Source: a virus (lineage: Duplodnaviria > Caudoviricetes). Taken from it: DNA of 34,828 nt. The position numbers and the translations under genes were made by a program. The notes beneath the pieces were generated by a model that saw nothing but the letters and a program-made list of their open reading frames with translations, had not been told where the DNA came from and did no database searches. The stretch is from positions 1 through 34,828 of the IMG/VR virus record IMGVR_UViG_3300034815_000019; one strand, written 5' to 3'. Shown here piece by piece: positions 5,049 to 13,078 of this stretch; positions within the stretch are counted from its first letter, which is position 1; every line of letters begins with the position of its first letter.

Positions 5049-5570
5049 TTATATCAGAAAACCCCTATGCTGCATAAAATCTACTGGATGTTTTACGCTC
5101 TTCTGCATATTGCAGACTGACCTCAATAATTGCATATTGCTGTCCACGTTCTGATCTCCAAGAGCAAAACCACAACAAATACATTTACCACGTTGCAATT
5201 TAAACAATTTTTCTGCCAATCCTTTTGACAAAGTTCCTCCATTGTTGAGCTTGCGTGCTCTCCTATTTTGCCTATGAATTCTTCTTGCATCTGGGTTATT
5301 TTTTGACCATGAATTTGTTTGTTCTTTTTGTTTTTCTGTCCGTGTATTTTTAGATCGCCACATTGCGTTAGCTTTCTTCTTTTTTTCTGGATTTAATTTT
5401 GCCCACTCCAATGATTTTACTTTTACTTTTTCTGGATTTAATTTTGCCCAAGATGCTGATTTTTCACTACAGCATTTTTTACAATGTGATTTTAAATATG
5501 GTTTCCCGCGTTCTTTTACGGAAAACGCTTCGAGCGATTTTGTTTCGCCACATCTAGTGCATGATTTCAT
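5049..5570 (-). CDS. HNH homing-endonuclease-like protein with the DH catalytic segment deleted (alternative GTG start 5585)
   Basis: N-terminal CxxC...CxxC; C-terminus paralogous to 33580-34335 but lacks YHMDHIVPLSLGG. Confidence 0.8.
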   Translation of the reverse strand: MKSCTRCGETKSLEAFSVKERGKPYLKSHCKKCCSEKSASWAKLNPEKVKVKSLEWAKLNPEKKKKANAMWRSKNTRTEKQKEQTNSWSKNNPDARRIHRQNRRARKLNNGGTLSKGLAEKLFKLQRGKCICCGFALGDQNVDSNMQLLRSVCNMQKSVKHPVDFMQHRGFLI

Positions 5571-5601
5571 TTTGATGCCCTTCACGGCAAGTTGAATTAT
5601 T

Positions 5602-5653
5602 GCCAGTAATCCGATTGTGAAGAATCGGAAAGGATTGCAATCCCTGTCCTAGC
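5602..5653 (-). ncRNA. C4-antisense-like structured leader upstream of HNH copy 1
   Basis: TATAAT at 5665-5660; closing stem with two hairpins; loop CTTCAC complementary to GTGAAG (5585-5580) at the translation start region. Confidence 0.5.
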
Positions 5654-6132
5654 TTTTTAATTATACTATTAACATTAGAAAGATAACATCAGGATGTTTG
5701 AGCAAGCCAAGCCCATCCTAGAGAAAGGCCTCGCTTACAATATGCGTCAGTCTGTCGTCGCGTATCGCCATTTCAGCCTTTTCGCGTCAGGGTGCTAAAA
5801 TACGCCCGCCCAGTTGAGTGTTTCAACGCTATCCCACAGTTCTCAAATCTTCCTTGACCGCTGCTGTTACCCGACCAGTCAAGTGCTCAGAACCTTTACG
5901 CAACCAGCTCAGGGTCTGCCCCCTCGCATCAGTTTCGATACGTCAGCCTTACGGGCAACCGTGCGAACTTCGACGCGGTGCGTGTTGTTTCAGCCCTTAT
6001 CCCCCCGGTACACAAATCCCCCATAACCGCCGGTCTTTATCCTCCCCGGCTATGGCGTTTTACCTGGCTGCCTTCTGAGTGGCACTTTATATCCAGCTAA
6101 CTTCGGTCTGGATTCCATTTGCTACAGGCAAT

Positions 6133-6168
6133 AAAAAAGCCCCCTGCAACTTTCGTCAGAGGGGGCTT
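6133..6168 (-). terminator. Rho-independent terminator
   Basis: AAGCCCCCT...AGGGGGCTT followed by a T-run on the - strand. Confidence 0.75.
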
Positions 6169-6259
6169 GGTGCTACTTGCTCGCCTTTGACTTGGTTCAA
6201 CAAGCTGCCACTTGTTAAACCAAGCTGGCAGGCTTGCATGTGTTCAAAGTATAGTAAAT

Positions 6260-7126
6260 CTATTTATGAATAGCAAGCCCTTGGTAGAATTTTCTCATCA
6301 CCATAGCCGCCTTGAGCGTTCCAACCTCTCGCCAGTAGTCGTTAAAATCCGTTCCAACAGTTGGCGGCATCCAATAAGGCAGGCCCGATTCAATGGCGGC
6401 TTTCTCGCCGGTTTTTGACTCGTCATTGTCCGCGATAACGAAGCCGGCCCCAGCCTTCTTCGCGGTCGCCTGCAAGTTGCTGGCGCTAAAACAGATGCGC
6501 ACCCGATGCTTGATTAGCGCAGCCCTGAGAGCAACGCTAACAGCAAGACCCGTGGTGTAGTCGGTGACGAATACGTCGATACCGCCACCGTCAATCAGGA
6601 ATTCCGCGCCAACTGTCCGCGATCCGTCGAGAAACTTTTTTTCTCCATCGCGGCTGATTAGCTGTACCCCTGTCAGTTCTTTGCCAACCCGCATCGGGAT
6701 CGCCAGCAGATTGGTGTTCTCGTCTGGGTACCACACCATGCCGCGCACGTCTGGGAATCCCTTTTTGTCCAGGTGGGCGTGTTGCTCCAGTTTGCAGGAT
6801 TTGAGTATTTGTGTGGCTGTCAGCGCGGCACTTTTCTCTGTGGCTGGGTCTGCTTTCTTTCTGTCCCCGCCACTATCCAGCATACGCAGATACGCCACCA
6901 TTGCCTCAGAATCGCTCGGCAGCAGCTCCAGCTCGCCGCGCACATATACGGATTGGGTGAGGTTGTAGGTTACGGGGTCTAAAAAACCGACGGTTACAAG
7001 CGGGTCAAATTCGCGTGTTAGCACAATGGAGCGAATGGTTCCGATGGTGCCTGAATACTTCCCGACCACGATCTTGACCAGCCGTCCAACCTTGAAGAAG
7101 AGGCACGCAGGCTTCCGGTGGGTCAT
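6260..7126 (-). CDS. Toprim-domain primase-like protein (atypical)
   Basis: VQLISRDGEKKFL, IADNDES (DxD) and GTDFND motifs; ATGA-coupled to the helicase. Confidence 0.75.
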   Translation of the reverse strand: MTHRKPACLFFKVGRLVKIVVGKYSGTIGTIRSIVLTREFDPLVTVGFLDPVTYNLTQSVYVRGELELLPSDSEAMVAYLRMLDSGGDRKKADPATEKSAALTATQILKSCKLEQHAHLDKKGFPDVRGMVWYPDENTNLLAIPMRVGKELTGVQLISRDGEKKFLDGSRTVGAEFLIDGGGIDVFVTDYTTGLAVSVALRAALIKHRVRICFSASNLQATAKKAGAGFVIADNDESKTGEKAAIESGLPYWMPPTVGTDFNDYWREVGTLKAAMVMRKFYQGLAIHK

Positions 7127-8607
7127 GCCTTGGCACCCTTGGCGAAGCGGATCGCCCGATGCTTAATCCAGTTCAGCACCTCAACTCCTGGCGTCACTGG
7201 TTCTGGTGTTTTCATGGACGGGCCTACCCCAAATTTTTCCTTGTATCTGTAATAAGCTGCTCCTGGCTTCTGTCCGTGATCGCGGGCATACCCAAGCAGC
7301 TCAGCATAGAAGCGCGTCTTGTATTCGATAGAGAATTTCTCAGCCTTCGGCTGCTCTCCGAGTTCCTTCATTTCTCCAGGGACGGCCGCAACCATATTAC
7401 GCACTGGCCGGACATGACCGCAATTAGGGCAAGTATCGGCGTATGGCGGCATGACCATTCCGCAGGCTGGACATTTGGCTTCCTTTTTCTCTTTTTCGGT
7501 CGGCTCTTTGCGTTTCTTCATGTCCTCGTCGGACGCCAGCGTATTCACGCCGTTTCCAAACAGATCATTCCATGAGTCCAAAAACCTTAGCCAATTTCCA
7601 GAATTATCCTGAATCACGCAAAAGGACTTGGAGTCATGTGGCCTTGCTCCACGTCCACACATCTGGACGTGGCTGGAAAAACTCTTTTTGAGTGGCCGCG
7701 CCAAAATGACGTGCTCTATATCCGACTGATCAAATCCACGTGTTAATACATCGGTCGATATGAGCATTTTAATTTCCGTATCGGGCTTGGCGAACTCCAT
7801 CAGCACATCGGCCTTGTAATCATCATCATCCTTGTAGCTGATCTGGATAGCCATGACCCCGGATTCGTTGAATTGCGCCGCCAGCTCCGCGCCGTGGGCA
7901 ACGCCAGAAGAAAAGCAGATCGTCTTGCGCGGTCCCCCGAATATTTCAGCGGATAGGCGCAGGTAGTCGGTCACAATATCACCAACCACTTTTAATCCCC
8001 TATCTTCGAGGTCGTCTTTTTTCCATTCACCGGCCACCGTCTTGAGTCCTTTGGTGTCGATTTCATGCGCAACGAATACTCGGAATGGCGCAAGATGCCC
8101 ATCATTTACCAGTTCGCGCATGGTCGTTACGTTGACCACGTTTGAAAAGTGCTGGGCTATGGCGGGGTGAAACGGCGTAGCAGTAGCCCCGACTATGCGC
8201 ATATTTGGCCTGTTCTTTATCATTTCTAGCACAGAGGCCCGGCAGCAGGCGTGGAGCTCATCAATAAAGATGATGTCGTACGCAGGCCATGATTCCATGC
8301 GCTCCAGCGTTTGGATGCTGGCAACATGGATATTCGCGTCAGGGCGATGCCGCCATGAATTAGCCATGATGATGCCGTGATCGATATCATGCGCGTCAAG
8401 GTGCTTGGAAAATTGATTGACCAGAATACGGCGCTCGCAGATGAACAGGGCTTTTGAGCCTTTGTTGATTATGCCGTTAATCATGGACATCATGATTATG
8501 CTTTTTCCGGCACCAGTGGGGGCGCACAATACTTGCCGAGTATGCCCATCCCTGATGCCGCCTCTCAGCTTCTCGATGGATTGCTCTTGATATGGCCGCA
8601 ATTTCAT
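7123..8607 (-). CDS. SF2 DEAD/DEAH-box helicase with C-terminal Zn ribbon
   Basis: MKLRPYQ start, PTGAGKS, DELH, TATP, RGFD, QMCGRGAR, CPAC/CPNC; true start 8607 rather than 8838. Confidence 0.92.
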   Translation of the reverse strand: MKLRPYQEQSIEKLRGGIRDGHTRQVLCAPTGAGKSIIMMSMINGIINKGSKALFICERRILVNQFSKHLDAHDIDHGIIMANSWRHRPDANIHVASIQTLERMESWPAYDIIFIDELHACCRASVLEMIKNRPNMRIVGATATPFHPAIAQHFSNVVNVTTMRELVNDGHLAPFRVFVAHEIDTKGLKTVAGEWKKDDLEDRGLKVVGDIVTDYLRLSAEIFGGPRKTICFSSGVAHGAELAAQFNESGVMAIQISYKDDDDYKADVLMEFAKPDTEIKMLISTDVLTRGFDQSDIEHVILARPLKKSFSSHVQMCGRGARPHDSKSFCVIQDNSGNWLRFLDSWNDLFGNGVNTLASDEDMKKRKEPTEKEKKEAKCPACGMVMPPYADTCPNCGHVRPVRNMVAAVPGEMKELGEQPKAEKFSIEYKTRFYAELLGYARDHGQKPGAAYYRYKEKFGVGPSMKTPEPVTPGVEVLNWIKHRAIRFAKGAKA

Positions 8608-8858
8608 CAATTCACCTTCTCCACCATCTCTCGTACCTTGACCGGTGTAAACGTCCATCCCAGTCCTTCGCTGAATTTGCGGCGGTTCCTGCACCACTCG
8701 CGGGCCTGCTCCCTGGTGCAAAACAACAGCGCCCGCGTCGGCTCTCCTTCGTATTGGTGCTGCGGCGGTCCGTTCCAAGCCGAACCCAATATCATCGGCG
8801 GGTCTTCTTTCATTCGCCCCTTGAATTCGACGCCCCACAAATTTCTATTCCAAGACAT
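8607..8858 (-). CDS. Hypothetical phage protein
   Basis: 83 aa; TGATG overlap with the helicase start. Confidence 0.7.
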   Translation of the reverse strand: MSWNRNLWGVEFKGRMKEDPPMILGSAWNGPPQHQYEGEPTRALLFCTREQAREWCRNRRKFSEGLGWTFTPVKVREMVEKVN

Positions 8859-8940
8859 GATGTGTTACCCATCTGATTATTCTCGTGTTAGGTTGAGAAG
8901 GTGACGGCTAAATTCTAGCGGAGCTTCGCCAATCGCAGCC

Positions 8941-9195
8941 TTAGCGAATCGGCCTCCAATACGTAACGCAGCACCATCTTTTTTCGGGTGGAAGTTTCGA
9001 TCCTGGATAAAAAGCTGCCATTCTGTCCATCCCTGGTGCCGTGCTGCACCACTCATCGCCATGATGCCAATATCACCCGATTGTGGGCGTTGACGAATAA
9101 CTGACTTTTACCAAAACACAAACGCAATCATCAGGAAGCGAATCTTCTACACTGATCCATCCTGTATCAGCTTTGTTAATGCCGCATGGGTTCAT
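8941..9195 (-). pseudogene. DUF551-like phage protein interrupted by an in-frame TGA (9075-9073)
   Basis: WISVEDSLPDD...VLV...TIG*YWH...VTYWRPIR*; ATGA-coupled to the upstream gene. Confidence 0.75.
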
Positions 9196-10094
9196 GGAGC
9201 CGCCTCCAACTTCTTGATTTCCTTGACCTGCATAGCCAATTGCTTCTTCATCTGTGCATTTTCCAGCATGAAGGCGTCCCGTGATTGGGTGATAGCCTTG
9301 ATGTTGAGGTGAGCAATTCGCAGTTCTTCGCGCAGACCGGCGATGATTTCTGCGGTTGTCTTGCGCTCGTCTTCCGGCAGATCGGACAGGGCGATGCCAT
9401 CGCGCAGCTTGGTATTCTCTTCGGCCAGGGCGATGACGGCACTGTGCGCTTCGGCCAGTTCATCATCTTTTGGGTCGTATGGCTCGACGGGAGTTTCGTC
9501 TTGAGCCTTTTTGCCTGTGGATAACTCGGCCTTTTCTGGTTGTTTCCCTGTGTTTTCAGCCCGTAATGCTGTCGTCATATCGGCCACAGGCGCGGCTTCT
9601 GGCTGCGAAGTGCCAACGGTTGGCACCCCTGCCTCTTTTTTATGCAATGCAGGTTTTTCGTTGATTTCGTTTCTGATTTTATCGACCATCGCTGGTGTGA
9701 CGTGGCAGTGCTTTGCGATGTCTCTGTTGCTCCACTGCGACCACTCCGAATCAAGCATCAGCACCATGACAGACTTTCGTTTGTCGGCGTTTGTCAGCCT
9801 CATCCCGTGAGAACCATTGGCGCTTGCCGAAAAAAGCAGGGCATCGCGCTTCGTGCCGTCGCGCACCTCGGCCAGCATATCCGGTATCTCGGCGGCGCGG
9901 TGGGCGTGGTAGCGGTGGAAGCCGTCGGCCAGCCAGTGGATCGCACCGTCAAAGAACAGGGTGGCAGGCGGGAACTGCGACCCGCAGCGCATGGCCTCGG
10001 CGTAGGCTTCCACATCTTCAACACTGATGGCCTGGCGCTGCTGAGTGCCGCCGTCGATGGCGATTTCTGATAGTTTGACCCTCTTGGTTTTCAT
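9192..10094 (-). CDS. ParB N-terminal-like domain protein with HTH and C-terminal coiled coil
   Basis: IDGGTQQR, FPP, WLADGFHRYHA, WSNRDIAKHCHV motifs. Confidence 0.82.
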   Translation of the reverse strand: MKTKRVKLSEIAIDGGTQQRQAISVEDVEAYAEAMRCGSQFPPATLFFDGAIHWLADGFHRYHAHRAAEIPDMLAEVRDGTKRDALLFSASANGSHGMRLTNADKRKSVMVLMLDSEWSQWSNRDIAKHCHVTPAMVDKIRNEINEKPALHKKEAGVPTVGTSQPEAAPVADMTTALRAENTGKQPEKAELSTGKKAQDETPVEPYDPKDDELAEAHSAVIALAEENTKLRDGIALSDLPEDERKTTAEIIAGLREELRIAHLNIKAITQSRDAFMLENAQMKKQLAMQVKEIKKLEAAP

Positions 10095-10372
10095 GATTTC
10101 CCCTTATAGCGTTCTGGATAAAAAATGTGCAGTTCGGATATGCGCAGGAATCTCGCCAGCCTCTCCGCAACATCGAGGGATGGCACCTGTGCGCCTTTCT
10201 CAACGCGGCTTATGTTGGCGGCTGTGATGCCGACCAGCTCGCCCAGATCGCGCTGGCTAATCTTCTTGCGCTTCCTAGCGTAGTACATGGGGGTCATGCC
10301 GGTTGGTGGCGCCGGATGGGCTTTTACTGGCTTTCTGCCGTGCGCCCTCGCTCGCGGCTTGGTGTGGTTCAT
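10091..10372 (-). CDS. XRE/Cro-like helix-turn-helix regulator
   Basis: RKRKKISQRDLGELVGITAANISRVEKG...PSLDVAERLA; start placed downstream of the leftward promoter. Confidence 0.85.
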   Translation of the reverse strand: MNHTKPRARAHGRKPVKAHPAPPTGMTPMYYARKRKKISQRDLGELVGITAANISRVEKGAQVPSLDVAERLARFLRISELHIFYPERYKGKS

Positions 10373-10405
10373 AGTCTCAATTCCTTGTGTGGTATGGGTT
10401 TTGGG

Positions 10406-10435
10406 ATTGTGCGCCAAACGATTAAACCATGTCAA
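10406..10435 (-). promoter_or_regulatory. Leftward early promoter (pR-like)
   Basis: TTGACA, 18 bp, CACAAT. Confidence 0.55.
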
Positions 10436-10459
10436 CAAATATTTATTTAGAGTTATCGC

Positions 10460-10488
10460 TTGACGAAACATGATATGCGTAGTAAATT
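10460..10488 (+). promoter_or_regulatory. Rightward early promoter (pL-like)
   Basis: TTGACG, 17 bp, TAAATT, followed by AAGGAGG RBS. Confidence 0.6.
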
Positions 10489-10515
10489 TGAATCTGGATG
10501 GAATAACAAGGAGGC

Positions 10516-10632
10516 ATGAAAATGAAACGCAACCCGATGATTGATTACAAAGACCACCAGACCGGAACCGTAAGGTCGGCGATCTACGCGGTGTTGGCCA
10601 TGCTGGCAGTGCTGGTTTATTTTATTTTGTAA
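10516..10632 (+). CDS. Small membrane protein, 38 aa (not in ORF track)
   Basis: AAGGAGG RBS; C-terminal hydrophobic stretch AIYAVLAMLAVLVYFIL. Confidence 0.6.
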   Translation: MKMKRNPMIDYKDHQTGTVRSAIYAVLAMLAVLVYFIL

Positions 10633-10656
10633 TGAACGCGAAAAGGAGGTTACGCC

Positions 10657-10773
10657 ATGAAAATCAGATATGATGGATCGTTCAAGTGCTGGCTCTGCGG
10701 TAACGCCGGCCTGTGGCAATCGGGCGCGACGCCTCAAGAGGCTGTCGCCAACTGGAAGCGGGGGCTGCAATGA
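10657..10773 (+). CDS. Small hypothetical protein, 38 aa (CWLC; TPQEAVANW; not in ORF track)
   Basis: AAGGAGGT RBS; ATGA overlap with the next gene. Confidence 0.65.
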   Translation: MKIRYDGSFKCWLCGNAGLWQSGATPQEAVANWKRGLQ

Positions 10774-10976
10774 CCACCGAAAACACAGGTGGCCCGGCTT
10801 TCCCAGAGGACGTGAATCCTGGCATGACGCTGCGCGATTACTTCGCGGCGAAGGCGATGCAAGGAATGCTAGCCGGATGGCCAAACAGCGATTCCTGCTT
10901 CGAGCACATGCCAACTATCTGCAAAAAATGCTACCAATGGGCCGACATGATGCTGAAAGCGAGGGTGAAAAAATGA
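10770..10976 (+). CDS. Conserved phage protein (GGPAFP...GMTLRDYFAAKAMQG family)
   Basis: Recognisable phage motif; ATGA overlaps on both sides. Confidence 0.85.
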   Translation: MTTENTGGPAFPEDVNPGMTLRDYFAAKAMQGMLAGWPNSDSCFEHMPTICKKCYQWADMMLKARVKK

Positions 10977-11281
10977 GTAGATTAGCGGTAATAACCGGGC
11001 TTGAAGCCCCGAACATGGCCGGATCATGTTCGTCCAACGAGGATGCCAAGGCCAAGGACACCGATGACTTTAACGAGTCGGTGGCATTACAGATTCAAGT
11101 TTACCTTGCGACCGATCCGGCCACATTCGTAGGTGATCACATTGCCGACCCTGTTGCCGATCTTGTCGAGGTCTACCGACTCATGCAGCGATACGGCACA
11201 GCAGCGGAAATTGGGCAAGCCGTCAGGCGCATGTGCCTGAACCGGATGCGCGAGGCCGCAGAGGCCGAGGTGACGCCGTGA
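10973..11281 (+). CDS. Hypothetical phage protein
   Basis: 3' part of track ORF 10670-11281; ATGA-coupled start. Confidence 0.65.
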   Translation: MSRLAVITGLEAPNMAGSCSSNEDAKAKDTDDFNESVALQIQVYLATDPATFVGDHIADPVADLVEVYRLMQRYGTAAEIGQAVRRMCLNRMREAAEAEVTP

Positions 11282-11356
11282 AGTGGCTGTACGGATTGCT
11301 GGCGGTTGAGGTGTATTTTGCCGCCATTTGGTTTCTTGGATATATAGGAGGGTAAC

Positions 11357-12118
11357 GTGAACATTCATCAGCGCATCAACGAAGTACGCAAGAAGATCGA
11401 CTACATCAAAAAAGAAAAGGTCGTGCAGACCTACAAAGCCGTCACCCATGACCAAGTAACTGCGATGGTTCGTGATTACATGGTTGAATTCGGGATCGTT
11501 ATTTACCCTGATCTGGTCTCAACTGTCACTGTAGATACTGGCGAGAGGACATCTAAGGGCACCCCGATGATCCGCGTCGAGGCGGTGTACGACTTCGATT
11601 TCGTCAACATCGAGGACGGCGCAGACCGCGAAACCGTGCGCGTTTCGGCTCATGCCAATGACACGGGCGACAAGGCACCAGGAAAGGCACTGAGCTATGC
11701 CAAGAAAATGGTGGTCCTGAAGGTGTTCGAAATTGAAACTGGCGAGGATGACGAAAGCCGCTACGACGAGTTCGATACTGATGCCGCCGTTGCCAAGCTC
11801 GCAGCCGCCAAAACGATTGATGAGCTAAAGGTGCGGTTCCAAGAGGCGTTCGACGCATCTAGCAAGGACTCTACTGCGCAAAAAGCCATCATTCTGGCAA
11901 AGAACAAGCGGGCGAAGGAGCTGGAAGATGAAAAAATTACCCATGACGAGGAAGCTGAGTGGGGGCGGAAATTTGTGGAATGTACCAATGATGTTGACTT
12001 AAAAAATGTGTGGAGCCTGTGTCTAGCGAGGATTAAAGAAACGAATTGCCGTGAAGCTGGGGATAGGATGAAAAATGTCATGCTTGCCAAGCACGAAGCG
12101 CTAGGAGAAAAAAAATGA
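11357..12118 (+). CDS. ERF-family single-strand annealing recombinase
   Basis: DTGDKAPGKALSYAKK...FEIETGEDDES motif; GGAGG RBS, GTG start. Confidence 0.85.
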   Translation: MNIHQRINEVRKKIDYIKKEKVVQTYKAVTHDQVTAMVRDYMVEFGIVIYPDLVSTVTVDTGERTSKGTPMIRVEAVYDFDFVNIEDGADRETVRVSAHANDTGDKAPGKALSYAKKMVVLKVFEIETGEDDESRYDEFDTDAAVAKLAAAKTIDELKVRFQEAFDASSKDSTAQKAIILAKNKRAKELEDEKITHDEEAEWGRKFVECTNDVDLKNVWSLCLARIKETNCREAGDRMKNVMLAKHEALGEKK

Positions 12119-12618
12119 GCGTGAGCCTGTATAGCATTGCGGCTGACTACGCCGCAGCCATGAACAGGCTGCTGGAGTCTGGCTTGCCAGATGAGGTCAT
12201 CAAGGACACCCTGGATGGTATGGATGGCGAGGTCGTGGCGAAGGCTAGGAACGTAGTCGCCTATATGCTCAACTTGGAGGCCGAGGCCGCGATGATCCGC
12301 GAAGCCGAAATAAAAATGGCGGAACGCAGAGGAAAGATTGAAAAGTCTGCCGCAAGGTTCCGCGAATACCTGAAAGAAAACATGGAGAAGTGCAAAATCA
12401 CGGAAATATCCGCTATAGATGGCAGCTTCGTTGCAAAGTTGCTGATAGATCGAGATGAGTCTGTGGTGATTGATGATGACCTGCTGCTTGACCCTGAATT
12501 TCTTACAGTAACAACTACGGCCACTCCGCGAAAGGCTGATATTAAGCGAGCCATCAAGGCCGGCAGGGATGTGGCAGGCGCTCGTATCCAGAAGAGTAGC
12601 AGATTGGAAATCAAGTAG
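12115..12618 (+). CDS. Siphovirus Gp157-family protein
   Basis: SLYSIAADY...DTLDG...coiled coil...IKRAIKAGRDVAGA...LEIK; adjacent to the recombinase. Confidence 0.85.
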   Translation: MSVSLYSIAADYAAAMNRLLESGLPDEVIKDTLDGMDGEVVAKARNVVAYMLNLEAEAAMIREAEIKMAERRGKIEKSAARFREYLKENMEKCKITEISAIDGSFVAKLLIDRDESVVIDDDLLLDPEFLTVTTTATPRKADIKRAIKAGRDVAGARIQKSSRLEIK

Positions 12619-12680
12619 CAGAGGATTAAACCGCCTAAAGGCATAACTACGGAATAAGACAAACGTAAAATGGAAACTCG

Positions 12681-13073
12681 CTATTTCGTCCCATCGTTCA
12701 TACCCGTAGATTGCCCTGTGTTTGCAAAATCCATTCCCTTCGCGCTGGACTCGTCTGTTTGAAATCTGAACAATACAGCGAACCTACCATTACCCTTCCA
12801 GCCAATTCCAGTCTGAAAATATTTCTTGGTAAAGGGCCTGATATGAACTCCAATCCAGAAGGGCAAACGTATCTGAATGAAGAAAACCCCATTCATGAAT
12901 AGGCTGGGTGGATCACGATAAATGAGTCTGGCAAGCGTGAACCCAACATGATCGAAGAATCCACATTGCAGACTCAGAAGATGAATGGACCATGATTCTG
13001 GAATAGCGGTATGATCGCCTAACCAGTCAATGATCTTCCACAGGGTTTTAAGGTTTGCAAATGGTCTGCTCAT
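12681..13073 (-). CDS. Hypothetical aromatic-rich protein at the end of the late operon
   Basis: 130-aa ORF directly after the tail fibre gene. Confidence 0.65.
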   Translation of the reverse strand: MSRPFANLKTLWKIIDWLGDHTAIPESWSIHLLSLQCGFFDHVGFTLARLIYRDPPSLFMNGVFFIQIRLPFWIGVHIRPFTKKYFQTGIGWKGNGRFAVLFRFQTDESSAKGMDFANTGQSTGMNDGTK

Positions 13074-13078
13074 CGCGC

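Noticed and set aside
8608-8838. N-terminal extension of the helicase in the ORF track
   Set aside because: It overlaps ORF 8607-8858; the helicase Q-motif start MKLRPYQ is at 8607 with a TGATG overlap.
8877-9062. 61-aa track ORF
   Set aside because: It is an alternative frame of the interrupted DUF551-like gene.
9073-9075. Genome-wide TGA recoding
   Set aside because: TGA is used as a normal stop in many ATGA overlaps, and long genes are uninterrupted in the standard code.
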